NCBI GenBank assembly: GCA_013239625.1
Contig: MU053810.1
Coordinates: 4,682,071 to 4,746,070, forward strand
Length of the DNA stretch: 64,000 nucleotides
Source: Lama guanicoe
Taxonomy: Eukaryota
Reading direction: 5' to 3'
Shown here: piece by piece, positions 13,861 to 27,021 of the stretch
Layout of the letters: each line of letters opens with the position of its first letter
How positions within the stretch are numbered: the first letter of the stretch is position 1
The notes under the pieces: generated by a model
What the model saw: the letters and a program-made list of their open reading frames with translations, nothing else
Told to the model about the DNA's origin: nothing
Databases searched by the model: none
Made by a program: the position numbers and the translations under genes

Positions 13861-16800
13861 CTACTGACCCACCCTTTAAAAATATCATGCTTACTCAGTA
13901 ATTCTCTGATTTGCAAAAACAGTATTATTCTCATTTTGAAGAAACAAAAAGGAAAGTATGTTACTCATGATACTGCCATATAAAGTAAACCAGTGCTAAT
14001 AGTTGGGTGTATTGCTTTCATTTCTTAAATTATGAAAACAAAGTTCTTACAAACACCTTGATTATGACTGCATAGTACTCCATCATATGGCTACAGTATA
14101 ATTTGCTAAGCAACCTTCTAAGTTGTTTCTAGATTGATTTATTCTGTAAAAGGTGTAATATGTACAGATTTGTTCCCTGACCCCCTGGAACAGGAAGTAT
14201 CACTTTCCTTAATTTGTGTAAATCAAATTAATCTGACTTTGCTTCAGCAGTTATTGAGAAATTGATTCTCATCATTTGAGGTCATAAAGAAAATCCTAGG
14301 GGTCGTATCTAGTCCTATAGAACTGAGCCAGGTTTCTGGGTTCCCTGGGGCACAGCAGATGAGCTCCTAATAGTCTGTTTGCAGGTGGGCTCATAGGGCT
14401 CTCTGCCAAGCTAAGCCAAGGCACACACTTCAGCCACTCTGAGCACAGCACCCATCCCTCCTCCTATTTGGGACCACTCCTTGTAAACTGAGGTCAGGTC
14501 TCCACAATTTGAAGAACACCCTCACCATCACCACCAACAATAAAACTAGCATCCTCTTCCTGGACCTGGGAAGTCACCCCACCTCTTCTTGCCCAATCAG
14601 CAGCCTTCCTCCTCTCCCATGGGGGTGGGGGAGTGGGCAACCTCAGACTTACTTTCCAGATGTCTGCCCTCTGAGCCCAGTCTAGGGAGGGAGTCCTCAG
14701 GGTGCCCTCTGTAGCATAGAGACACTGCTAAAAGCCCTTTTCCCTGGGAAGATCTTAGAACACAAAGGCTTGGCAGTTTTCCCAAGAAGCTGGGGATAAG
14801 GGTAGATGTTCCACGATTTTTTGTTTGTTGCCAACAACTACCAGGACAAGATAGATTGAGTATATCTCAGAAGATGCATCTGATGCACAGATACCTCGAA
14901 AGAGAGTGTCTGTGTCATGTGGTGCTTCTTTAAATAATGAGGATGCGTCCTTGTCTGCACGCAAGTGTCCTTGTCCTGTGTGCCTTGGTATCTGCAGGGG
15001 GCTTTGCATGGCGAGAGCGGGTTGGCAGAGGGGTCCTTCTTGGCTCACTCGGCTCAGGGCAGTGCCTGCCTCCCGCATGGATGCCTGTGGCCGGCTCTAG
15101 ACAGGGGAGACCAGGGGTGGTAACTACTCAGCGTGACGGCCTTTTCATCTTTCTGATCTGATAATGAAGTAATATGCACGCTGAAGGAAAATGGGGAAAC
15201 AAAAGACACAGTTGTACTTCGCTCAACTGCTGAATCGTCTGATTTCCCTCCAGCCCAAACATCTTTCTGTTTTCACAGGTGAAAGTCATGAAAAATGTCT
15301 GGGTGCCCTTTTGGTGGGAAGAGGGAGGAAGGGGTTGAAATATTACCGCTGAAGAAACAGGGTAGAAGCTGAGTTTATCAAGGATAATTCATCAAAACAA
15401 ATACTCAAGAAAATGCATCCCCTTTGCCCAAGGTCGGGAGGGATACACTAATTTTCAGGGCTGAACCGAAGTCTGTCCTTAAGAGAATCTCAAATATGCA
15501 CAGTTGGAAGTGGATACTAGAACGAGGTGGGGTGCGTTTATGTCTTTGGTTATCAGGGCCAGCAGCTCCTGGTTACCAGTGGACCTGGCACGTGTCCACA
15601 GACCACCACGCACACGCAGCACCCGGATTACACACTAAACACTCAGTCGTGTGTGTTTGTCTTACCGGCAGGACCCTTGAGTGTCTGCACCCAGGTTTTC
15701 TATTAAAAACGAAAGCTGATTTCTTCTTTTCTAAGTCTCGAGCACCAGGCCCACCCAAAAGTGTCACAATTATTACCAAAGTAAGTGCAGTTCTCTCTTG
15801 CATTTGTATTGCAGTTCTCACATCACTCTGTCATAGTCTAGAACCGGGGATGTCCTCAGGCTATTCCCCAGATTGGCTGTGAGTTAAGACTGGCGCTGAG
15901 GAGGTGTTGAGCCAGGGTTTGTTCTTCTGCCCATCAGCCTCGGAGGTTGTAGGAGGTAACCAAAGAGCCCGTGCATCAGAAGCGCCCCAGGGTGTGGGGC
16001 CTGGGATTCACCTGAGAATGGCAGGTGGCAGGACAGAGGGTCTCAGCCCAGGTGGCCCCTGGATGGTTTATGTAAGGACGAGAAGCAGTTGGAAGAGCTG
16101 GGTGTGTCTACGGGAGCTCTTGAGTCCTCACACCCCCAGACCCAAACCAGCGGATAACTTAGACTGGGAAACAGGGGTGCAGAGAAGGGAGGAAAGTGAC
16201 TGTGCTGTGGTTCTAGAAAGGACTCTGTGAGCAAAGTTCAAGGCTTGAACCTTCCACAGCGATAATTTGTTAATTATCTTGTGGTTAGAGGAGCCGGGAT
16301 GGTAAAGAAAAGTCTGGGAATCAGCCAACATTTGTTACCTTCAAATATTTAGCTCCTTGTATGTCTCGTAAGTGTACATAACACCTAGAAAGTCCTCTTC
16401 AGTTGACGTCAGAATTTTGACTATATTTCTGAGTTGAAAGCTTCACAAGTGCAAGAAATGGGGTGAAAGTGGACGAATGTCGTGATTAAATCAACGCTGT
16501 CAGTTAGTGAGTATGAGGATAATGAGGCACGCCGAATGCATTTGCATGCGCATGTGGGAAGCTTTATTCTGTTCTCGAATTCTCTGTGGAAATTGGGCAT
16601 TCATTAAAATGAAGTAAAACTTCAGTAAGGCAATGTTGAGTTTTCTTATCAAAACAGAACGTAATCTGATGCGAAGTGGACGCCCCGGCTAACCAGACAC
16701 CCCACTGTTGCCGACAGTGAAATGTATTACATAAAGCTACATTTACAGGCTTTATTTTCTGGACCTCAGCATTTCAATGTAGAGTTTAAAGGGTCTGGGG

Positions 16801-18309
16801 AAAAAATGGGAATGACAAAACATCATCGCTAGCTCTTTCTCTTCTCTTTGGCTTTAGTCTCCAAATACAACATTGCAAAGAATAAGAATAAATTTCATCT
16901 CCTAGCGAGCATGATGAACATTCAGCAAATATTTGTTCAAGATGATAAAATGCATTAATGGCAGTCTTTTTAAAAATTGAGGCCATGCAGCTAGGTTGCA
17001 TGCACTTGAGAACACAGATAGAGGAATCTCAATCCTGGTGCCCACACCAGCTACCTGTCTGTATAGAGTAGACTGAGGTTTTCTGGGTGACATGATTTTT
17101 TTCTTCTTTGTGTGGTGTGGATCTTAGAGTGATGCAGTTTTAGTCCTGAAAGGACTAACTACCAACTCGTTCAACCTGTGATCTTACAGAAGAGGGAACT
17201 GTGACTCATTGAGACTGTGTGTTGCCCAATTTGGGTCCAAGCTGGACTCCAGCCAGCATCTCCAGACTTCTGGTTAAATGACTTTACCACTGTCAGCTCT
17301 GGAATCCTGTGGACTGGGTCCCAGTTCCTTCACTTGCTGGAATTTTTGGGTATGTTGCTTTCATGATTTGTCTTCTCAGTGTCGCCAGTGTGAGGAGGTG
17401 GCAGTGAGGGTTAAATAGATGGCCACACACCAGTCAGAGTGCAGTGGACACTGAATCTGTGCATTCCTTTCTCTCTCCCACACGCCTTCATTAGGAAGAG
17501 TCTTCCCAGAGAACCAGTCTGCATATGTTACAGATGAAGCAGAGGGGGTCTGTGTGAGGCCTGTTACCCCAGCATTCTTTGGTGATAGAAAGCACTTCTT
17601 GAAGAAGAGAAGACTAGAATGGACAGGTGGGGTTCAGGTGGTCTGGTTAAAGAGACCCCCCTTCCCGATGTCCCCAGTAGACTTCTCATTTGGGTCTGTA
17701 GGTTTGGAGTCCCCTTATGATTTGGGGAAACCTTCGAAGGTTGCAGTGGGAACAGAGGGAAATGGGTGGGTGTCACAGGTGACCATGAAATGCTGAGGTG
17801 AAATCCAGCCTTCCAGACCCTTGAGTCCTGCCCAGGTGGCCCAGAGAGTGTGTCCACCATCCTCTGTTACTCGAATCTTCCCAGTTAGCGGCAGCTCTCC
17901 ACTCAGAATCTAAGGGCAGGGGCTCCAAATGCCACGCTATAGACCATGCATGACCAAGAAAAAGGCTTTCCTGAGCCAAAACGAGGACAATCATGCCCAG
18001 CAGAAAGACTTTTTTGGGAGGCCAAATCTGAATTGTGTGAGTACCCTGCTTCCTGGTTTCTTTGGTATTAAAATATCTTTCCTTTCTTGTGGCAATAATA
18101 ATACCACAGAGAGAGAAAATTTCAGTAGCGTGGGCATTTTTGGATGCCCCTTACTTTGCAAAATAAAATCTTAGCAACCGTTTATTTTACTGTTTAATTT
18201 GTGAAATACAAAATAATGAGAACTGTTGCTCCAGAGTTGAGCTTTCTCCAGAGTTATTAACCAGCATTATAAACGTGTGAGCGTCACAGCGGTCCAGTCA
18301 GAGGAGCTG

Positions 18310-18750
18310 TTAGGTCTTTGTCAGTGATAGTCAGCTTGTAAGACAGAGTCATCTCAAACTCATTTAAGGACAAGAATGGAATTAGTTGGAAGGAGTCCAT
18401 CAGAAGGACCTCACGGTGTCCTGGACTCAGGAACCAGGGCACCCAGGAGCCTAGATAGCTGTTCTATCTTTTAGGCTCTCCATTGGAGTCATGCCTCATT
18501 TCCTGTACAGATCTGCTCCATCCTTTCTCGGTACCCTACTCTGTCTGTTTCACATTCCCTGTCCATGTCAGCCACCACTTCAAATGACCTCGCATTTTAA
18601 GGTCCCAGGGGACACAGGCTAAGAGCTCCCCTGTCCCAGGGCTCCATTTCCAGGGAGAGAATGTGATTGGTCCAGCCAAGATCAGGTGGCTCCTTCTTGG
18701 TTCAATCAGATGAGGCTGGGCTGGGAGTGGGTGACCATACACTTCATTGC
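18310..18750 (-). mobile_element. Old MaLR LTR (MLT1K/L-like)
   Basis: aactcatttaagg...ccagggagagaatgtgattggtccagccaagatcaggtg resembles old MLT1 LTRs. Confidence 0.5.
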
Positions 18751-19107
18751 TCAAACCAGTAGACCTCTGAGCATGAAAAGGGGGTTTGCTACTAACGATG
18801 ACACTGGGACAGTGGGTGCAGAGCAGAAAATGGTCCCAGGGACGCTACTGTCTGTGTTCACCCTGGATGTGGGACATGGGGGTCAGGAACTTATCCATGA
18901 AGGGCAGGGAGGAATTCCCCAGGGAAGGAGGCATTGTTGAGGCCCAGAACCCTTTCAAAGATGGGTAAGTGTCAAGCCAAATAATAAAAGTGGAACTTTC
19001 TCACATATTCATTGTTACTAGAGAGCATTGTGGGAACACCAGGTTGCCTGCTGAAGACAATTTGGTACTCAGCTAATTCTGGATGATGTATCCGTTAGCT
19101 TGTTTGT

Positions 19108-19160
19108 TTTAATTGAAGTATATAGTCAGTTACAGTATGTCAGTTTCTGGTGGTCAGCAC
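19108..19160 (-). mobile_element. Very short lineage-specific L1 3' terminus
   Basis: ttttaattgaagtatatagtcagttacagt...gtttctggtg; imperfect flanking duplication gttagcttgtttg / gttggctcatttg. Confidence 0.5.
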
Positions 19161-20694
19161 TGTTGGCTCATTTGAGAGAGCAGAGAAAGACCTCAGAGTG
19201 TGCACAGTGGGGACACCTCCTTCAGAGACCACCAGTTGTCCCACCTCTCCTCTGGCGTGACCCCTGAGTGCACAAAGACCCACGAACATGGGTGGGTGAC
19301 TTTGCTCAGACCCAGCCTTAGCGCTTCCTCACCCCTGCTCCTCCTCCTCTCTGGACCCATCCTTTCATGTTGGCAGTTTTCCCCCCACGTCCCTGCTGCA
19401 TGGCACTGTCACAGTGACACGTCTCTCAGCTCGTCCTGTCCAGCTGTTAATATATATCTTAGCCTTGGCCCCCAAATATACCTTAAATGTGTTACGAGCT
19501 CAAGAACCATATACTTTTAACCCCTGGAGCCCCACCCTGTGCTCAATACTAAGTCCCTATTCCAAGTGCCTTTTTCCTTTCTTTTTTTAACTATGTCAGA
19601 TCACAGGGTATCTGACAGTAGTGTCGGCAATTTCCATTGTCTTTTCTCTGCCCTAAATGATGTCTCAGCAGCGAGCTGGCATCTGAGGGGAGGGGACCAT
19701 GTGCAGAGATTGCTAATATGCAGTGATAGTTTGCAGTGAGAAAGTGAATGACATGGAAACAACAGCCAGAGTTTGTATTTGGAACTGAAAGGGTATGTAG
19801 AGGAAGTTAAAAAAAAAAAAAAAAGACTTAGCCCTTATATCTGTATTTTTATACATACTCCCACCACAATGACCCTGAGCGAGAAATCGAAATTTGATTT
19901 TGATTTTCTTCAAGGATTATTGCCTTTTGCAATGGAAAATGACAACTCATCAAATGCATCGTGTCTGCCGTAGGCCGCAAAGATGACTAGACAGCAGAGG
20001 TTGGGATTGTAGCCGTGTTGCTTCAAGTAATATTATTTCTTGGCTATTTTGCTAAACTGAATGTATTTTCTTTTCTCTTTTTTTTAAGTCAGAGATGAGG
20101 ACATTTTAGCTTGATATTCTACTGAGCATAGTAACCAGGTAGCTACTTCACTGAAGACCGTATGAATTTATGTAACTCTTGGTAAGCTGAGCAATGATTG
20201 AGGGTTGATTATTCTAGTCTAATAATACTCTTAAGGAATGCCAAAGCCAGATCCCAAGTTTTGTAACAGAAGCAGACTTTATGAAAAATAAACCACTTTG
20301 GGACCTTGCACAGAAAAATGAACCCAAAGCAAAGACACAAGTTAACCATTAATGGGTGTCCTTTCTGGCTGTGCTATCAGCTCGGTAATCTGAGCTGAGG
20401 GTTTCCTTGGAACACCCAGGCTGCCCACCTCCTCAGAGCCACATCCTGCACTTAAGGAGGCGCAAGGGGCTATGTGCTGACCTTATTACCATTTTCATCT
20501 ATGGAAATGTCCTGAGGGGTGAGCCAGGTTCGGGTGTCTGGATAATGCAGTAGTGCTCCTGCCAAGAGGGGTCTCCTGGTACTTTTAGCAAGAAAAGGGA
20601 AAGAAGCTGATCATCGCATCCTCAGAGGGCTCCCCTAGAGTACCAGGCACACCTGGGGTGTCCCTGAAAGAGCTCTGTAGCCAAGGCCTTAAGG

Positions 20695-20833
20695 CAGGAC
20701 CAGCTGTCTAATTCTTAGTGTAGCTTGTTCCAAAAATTATTAAGAATTTCAAGATGGCCACAGCAGAGGATGAAACCAAGCACAGAGCCCTTTTAAGCAC
20801 TGGGTGGGTTGTACACTCACAAAGCTGGTCCTA
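20695..20833 (-). mobile_element. MER45A-like hAT-Tip100 MITE
   Basis: Terminal inverted repeats caggaccagct...agctggtccta; the minus-strand body ctctgctgtggccatcttgaaattcttaataattttt matches recalled MER45A. Confidence 0.75.
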
Positions 20834-21099
20834 CCTTCAATGTTAAGTGCTTCGGTGTTTTTAACTTCACAGTGCATTAGCATCCTTAGGAAGACTTAGA
20901 GGAAATTAAGGGATGCAAACAACTCCCTCCGCTCCCCCCAAAAAAACTGGCTCCTGGGGACTGTCTGTATCCCACCACCAGCCATCAGCAGCTGTGACAT
21001 CTTAGTAAGGGAAAACTCACCTGCCTGATTAATTCACATCAGTTTGCCTTCCGGAGAGGGTGGGCTTTGGGAGAGGGGAAAACTGAAATCGTGCATTCA

Positions 21100-21735
21100 T
21101 TCAACCTAATCCCCCCAGTTTCACTGCCTCCCTTCCTCTGATCTTCTACAGGCATGGTCTCCAGCCTGCACACAATAGCCTAAGTGATCTTCTAAAAAAT
21201 GTATTGGATCCTGGCCCTCTTCCCTCTTCTCTCTGCCTCAGATACCTCAATAGTGTTCTAATATCTTACAGTCAAATTGAGAATTCTCCCCTCGGCTCCA
21301 AGGCTCCATGTGATTTGGACTCTGCTGGATTCCAGCCCCACCAAGTCTTCAGTGCTTGCCACTTTCTGCCTCAGGGCCTTTGCACATTTCATCCCCTCTA
21401 TCTGGAATGCCTTTCTCTTTTCATCCCCACCCTCTGGCTTGCCCCCTCCTTCCAACTTCTCTCATCCTTAAGATCACAGTTTACTTGCTTTTCCAACTTT
21501 CCACCCACATACACCCACTCACCAATCTGGGTTACACACTCTCATTGCTTCAGTGTCTGCCCCCTAACTCAGCTGTAAGTACCGTGAGGGCAGGATCACG
21601 TCTGTTTTGTGCATGCTTCTGTCCCCAGTACCTAGCATGTGCTAGCATGTACCTAGCACATACCTAGCTTGTACCTAGTATGTACCTGGGCATAGTAGGC
21701 ACTGAATAGTTGTCTGTTGAAGGGATGAATGGATG
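21100..21735 (+). mobile_element. L2 LINE 3' part
   Basis: cctcagggcctttgcacat...tctggaatgc...ctgtaagtaccgtgagggcagga...catagtaggcactgaatagttgtctgttgaagggatgaat. Confidence 0.75.
21629..21693 (+). repeat. ~6 tandem copies of an ~11-bp unit (TACCTAGCATG)
   Basis: tacctagcatg tgctagcatg tacctagcaca tacctagcttg tacctagtatg tacctgggcat. Confidence 0.85.
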
Positions 21736-22570
21736 TATGACACAGTTCATAGTTTAAACTTAATTATACACTAATCTTGTGTAATCTGTTGTTCTCCAGT
21801 AATTCCACCAATTAGTTTTGCAACTCTTGGACATGCATCTGTTTGTCTGAATTTCCCACAGTGCTCAGCTGGTAGTGTATGTTCAAGGAATGTTATTGAC
21901 CGGTACAGCTTGTGAGTGTTTTACACATTCGGTCCCTTGCCATTACATCTATACTGTAATTATACACAATCATGTATTGTGTGTGTGTAAGTTATTGTAC
22001 ATACTTTCTGTTGACTGGTGAGGTAAGTAATAGCCAATTAGAGAGACATCATCTGAATTATGGGATTTCTGCCTCAAAAGGGAAAAAACGAACTGTGCTA
22101 TCTCCCTCACAATCTTATTTTACTGATTTTGGAAACAGTCTTGATAGAAGAGTTTAAAGGACTGGTTATGTTCAGTTTACTCTGGTGTGAGCACATCCTC
22201 TATGTTAGTGCACAGCCCCGTCTGCTGTGATGATAATGACCATGAGCATTTGTCCGACAAAAGGAATTGATTTGCTGTCATTCTTTCCTGTAATGTGGCC
22301 CATCCTCAATGCCTTGCTTGAAATGGCATTTGCACAATGTCCAGGGATAAAAATCTGAGTGGAATACTCAGGGGCAATTATTTTTTCAGTAACTTTCACA
22401 ATTGAGAATTTGACCCACTGGGTCTTTATTTCTGTATCTAGTCCTTCCGGTGGACTTCTCGCCACCATGTTGTTTTTCCAGATTAGCACACACCTTGATG
22501 GCCTTGAAAATATTTTCAGCCTAATGAATAATCATCTGTTTTCCCACTTTCTTTCCAATGCCTTTTGCAG

Positions 22571-22769
22571 ACAAGAAGCCCCAAACTCTCTCACAGTCCT
22601 CAACCTCCCACCTTGGGCGACCCAGTCGAGCATTTATCAGAGGCGTCTGGTGACTCTTTGGAAGCCATGTCTGAGGGAGACGCCCCCAGTCCTTTTTCCA
22701 GAGGCAGCCGGACTCGAGCGAGCCTTCCGGTGGTGAGGTCGGCCAACCAGACGAAAGAAAGATCTCTGG
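22571..22769 (+). CDS. KIAA1217: KIAA1217 (sickle tail protein homolog) internal coding exon, 199 nt, probably orthologous to human exon 3
   Basis: Pyrimidine tract and acceptor ttttgcag|ACA at 22570/22571; donor CTGG|gtaagc at 22769/22770. Translates TRSPKLSHSPQPPTLGDPVEHLSEASGDSLEAMSEGDAPSPFSRGSRTRASLPVVRSANQTKERSL(G), which matches the recalled KIAA1217 sequence. Phase 0 start, phase 1 end. Confidence 0.95.
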
Positions 22770-25039
22770 GTAAGCTTCACACTTTGTTACTGCATGTGTG
22801 TATGTTTATATTTCTGAACAGATAACCCCTGCATCCGAATGTTAATTTGATCTTGATTTGTAAAAACACAAGTATCAGAAACTTCACTGATTTAGCATTA
22901 AGCTTGAGGACTGCTGAGGAAACAGCAAGGCTAAGCTGTCTTTGGGCTGGGCACTCAAGAGGCCAGCCGTGCTTGCCTGTGCTCCTGGAATAGAGAGAGT
23001 GAGCCTCATTTCTTAGGGAACCTCCTCCCCAGTTTCAGAACTGTGCATGGATGGAATATGAGCCCTGCTCCACTGTCTGGCAGTCCAGGGGAGGACATTA
23101 ATGGCTCCAGAAGGAAGAGGTGCAGTGTGGCTAACACCCCCATAACTGGTAATGAAAGCCAGAAATGCAGGGCTGTACTGCCCACTGCCACATGAAAGGG
23201 GGGAGGGGACTGGCAGGAGTTTGGCATAGCTTTGCCTTTCAAGAAGCTTTTAAGAAAAGCAGGATTCTATCTTTCTGCCTCCACCACTCATCACTTACTT
23301 TTTCGTATTAGATATTCACTTTCTATCTTGCTTTGCTTTTTTTGCACCCCCCCCCCTCCGCCGGCCCTTTAACGAAATGTGCAGGCCATGAAGATTTTGA
23401 CCTTTTTGCTAATTGTGCTGGTGTTTCATATGCTTGACTTGCCATCTCAAGGTTCCAACTCACTACACCTGTGTCTGCAGATATTTGGGGTCAGGGGAAA
23501 GAGGGGCCAGGAACAGGGTCAACCCACAAAGGCTTCAGGGTCTGGCCCCTGCAAAAGACAGTTAAATTCTGCCTCTTAAAACTCAGCAATGCCTTGCTTA
23601 AAGAAGAAAAGATAAGGACGTGGGGAGGTGTCTTGATTTTGTTTCCTCAGTTACAGATTGAAAACCAGAGCAGATTGGGTTCAGACATTGTCCGAGCTGT
23701 CCTAAAAACAAAAAACAAACAAACAAATCCCTATTATGTACTTGCATTATTGATATTAATTTTTAACATTAAATTTTGTGTACTTCATCTTAGGTTAATA
23801 ATCCAGGGTCCTCATTTTACAAATGAAAGAAGAAAGCCACAGAACATCTGCATGTGTGTGTGTGTGTGTGTGATCAAACAGTTAATTAAATGGCAGAAGT
23901 GGGAAGTCCCTCCAGTTCCTGTTCATCCCATTTACAAACGAAGGCACGGAACTTGCAGGGGTGGGTTTACCCAGGGACATACAGGGCTGGGCAGTGACAG
24001 GATGACACAGGCTGGGGTTTTCCATCTGGATCACAGAGCTTCGTGTTCTCTTAACGGCACTCATGCTTGAGGCAGGAGCACAGGAGCCAGGCAGGGAGTG
24101 GAATTTCTCCCTTGTGCTTTGCAGGAAATGAACAAGGTTCAGGGCTCTGTAAAGATAGACTGTGCTTTGCAAAACTGAATGCAGATAAGGATAGCTGCCT
24201 GTGCGCCCTCCCCCATACCTGGGGAAGAGTGAGCTTGTTGAAGAATGAACACTTTGTCTTGCAGACAGGAACTTCTCCCCAGAGCCCAGTGCACTTGGCA
24301 ATGCAGGTAGATGCTGGCAGCCTTCAGGATGCAGGAGCTGATGGCAGCCTTGCCCTAGGAATTGCTGAGAGTGGCTGAGGTTCTGCAAAATGCTCAGTTT
24401 TCCTCTGAGCACACCTTGCTGTGAAGTTCTGGCGAGTCACAGCTGATTAAAACACGCATAGGAGGTGTTTATTCTTCTAGCTCCAATAGGAGGTTTTTGG
24501 CCGGTGATTTGCAATACTCCTGGATAGAAACAAAGTAACACAGGGAGAGGAGAGGAGCTGCGAGGGGAGGGGAGGGGAGGGATGAGCAGTCTGTCCCAGC
24601 GAAGGGAGACTTGAGGCCAGAAAATGAGGCTGGCACTGGGCCAGTGGGCTTGGCACTGCCCTTGACCGCCTCTCTGTGGCTGATTTGGGAATGTCCTCCC
24701 AGCCTCACCTGGCCTTTGTGGTGTTATTAACTCAGTTGAGCTTGGATGGGAAATAAACAGGAAAGTGTGTGTCAGGGAGAATCTAAACACAGTCCCCCTG
24801 GCAGTGGCCTTGCTGGCCTTGTGTTGGGGAAAATCCCCGTGTGCCTGGCTGCATATAACAGCCAGACAGGTTCCTGGGAACAGCAGGCTCCCCGGAGAGG
24901 CCAGGGTCAGGAGCAGCGAGTGGATGTCCCCCTAGCATTGCGGCCTCAGAGGCTGCAGGTTGAGACTGAGCTGTGACCTCCTGCGAACCCACTCTTGGTG
25001 CCATCTGGAAGCCCTGAGTTTCCTTTGGGATCTATCTAT

Positions 25040-25250
25040 ACAATGTCATTTTTCCCTTAATCCACGGAATGTTATGATCTCCCCCAAAGTCCTGTTGATA
25101 CGGTGTTTATTTAAAATCGCCACAGTTGGTTCATCATGGATTATTGCATTAATTTTCATTTTTTAAAAATATCTCATTAAAATATTATGTATCTTGATTA
25201 CTGAGTTTCGAAGGGGCCCCTTAAATTACCTCACTCTCCTAATCCCAGTA
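25040..25250 (+). mobile_element. MER96B-like hAT fragment
   Basis: catcatggattattgcattaatttt...cattaaaatattatgtatcttgattactgag...gccccttaaatt...cctcact resembles recalled MER96B 3' half. Confidence 0.45.
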
Positions 25251-26944
25251 GATGCCCCCTGTGTGTCACCCCAGGGACTTCACACACCATCGGGGTGATC
25301 TCAGAGCCAGGAAGCAGGCGGAGTCGGGAAAGCCCTGCGCCTACGCTGCGTTCTGCACGTGTGTTGTGTTACTGGTGACCTTGCCCAGCCCCTGTCCTGA
25401 GAGTGGAGCAGGGACTGGACCCATCCTCAGACCCCTCCTGCTCCCTGGATGGGATGCAACCTTGCTCTCATTTCAAGCAGCCTGTGCTTGGAGATAAACC
25501 TGCCGGCTTAATCATTTTTCCACTTGCATAATCCCTCCTTTCTATTGCTTTGGCGTATTTAGGGGATGGGAGGAGCGCGGAGAGGCTGCGTCTGCTGCAT
25601 TGCGCAGAGGCTTGGAAGACACGCAGGAGGGAGAAGGGATGGCTCTAAGCGGCTGTTCCGGACAGTGAAGTTAGACGTCGTTGGCGTCTGTCATTTCTGA
25701 TGCATCCTGCATGCACGATATGAGCGTCTCATTCTGGGACTGCAGGCAGGGCCAAGTGACAAAACCCAGGAATCTTTTTTGTTGGTTGAGGGCCAACCAG
25801 GCACTCTTGGATATTTACAAAACAGAAAGGTAAAGAAAGAAATTTGCTCAGCGGCTCTACTTATAAGGTGACCAGGTTCGAAAGAGCCAGCACCTCTGAA
25901 TCTTTACTCGTACAGAGTGGTGGGTTCCCTGTGGGCTCCACCCACCCGAAGCCCAAATGAAATTCTTCTCAGTGGTATTTATGCATCCCTGCTTCCCTCT
26001 CTCTTTAGTGAAATTAGGAGAAAGGAAGTCTACAGAAGAAAGTGAAAGACCGTTTTGCAGTGGAGTTGGGTTTTAAAAAATAATTTCCGTGAAAAATTGT
26101 CCCGCTGAAACTAGGTCTGGGTCTGAGTGATGGAGTCGTTTCCTTTTCATCACTGCTGTCTTATAAATGTCTGTCTGGAATGCGACCATAGGCAGGGGCT
26201 GGTGTCTGGCTGCTCAGCGGTGGGCCCTGGGGGAAAGGGTAGCCACAAGATGTCCCCACCCTTCCGGGTGCCCTCAGGAATTTGAAAACCAGAGGAGCAG
26301 CGGCAGCTTCCTTCTCACTGCAGCCAGATGCTTTCCTTGATGGGAGTCTGAACGGTTAGCTTTGGAAGAGACTCCTCCCCTCCCAGCCTGACAGCCAGAG
26401 GTACTGCCATTTCTGTAACAAATTACCTCTTAAACACTCCGACTCAACAGGCAAGAATGATTTTAAAAGGCTCAGGAGGATTTTAGACTAATTGAGGGAG
26501 AACTTTCCCAACATATGTGACTTGTTGAGTATCTTTGTGGCTGTTCTTCTATTTCAAGGTGGTAACAGAGTTGGTGACTGCTTCCTGGTGGGGGGATTTA
26601 AGGAACAGAAGGGTCACCATTGCCAGCATCTCCCCTCCTGTGCAAAAGGGTCAGTAGGAGGTTAGAGAAAAAAATTGTGGAAACGTCCATCTGCAAAGTG
26701 GAAAACCAAGAAGGCTTATGGGCAAAGACTGCGAGCCTCTTACTAGCTTATGAGCTTGTTTGAGCTTGAAGAAGTTATCCTCTGGATAGTTAAAAAAGAA
26801 ATAAATTTCAGACAAATGGAAAGACGTATTACTCTATATAGTAAGTGAAGCATTTATGGAATTTGTCCTCCTAAATGCCAGTAGTGATTGAAATATAATA
26901 TTATACACACTAAAACTTACAGAAGAAAGTTTTTTGTTTCTATA

Positions 26945-27021
26945 TTTTTATTGAAGTATAGTTGATGTACAATATTATATGAGTTACAGGTGTACAATAC
27001 AGTGATTCACAAGTTTTAAAG
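26945..27021 (-). mobile_element. Short L1 3' terminus (artiodactyl-type)
   Basis: tttttattgaagtatagttgatgtacaatattatatgagttacaggtgtacaatacagtgattcacaa. Confidence 0.7.

Noticed and set aside
23471..24070. Longest ORF in the track (199 aa)
   Set aside because: Non-ATG start, runs through a MIR-like fragment and a (TG)n microsatellite, and has no recognisable protein motif.
24561..24581. G-quadruplex-capable (GGGGA)3GGG tract
   Set aside because: Common low-complexity intronic tract with no supporting context.
25711..25829. CpG-rich stretch with an ATG-opened frame ending at a donor-like AAG|gtaaag (possible alternative first exon)
   Set aside because: It ends in phase 2 whereas the next exon (59897) needs phase 1. 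The peptide is unrecognisable and the donor only moderate.
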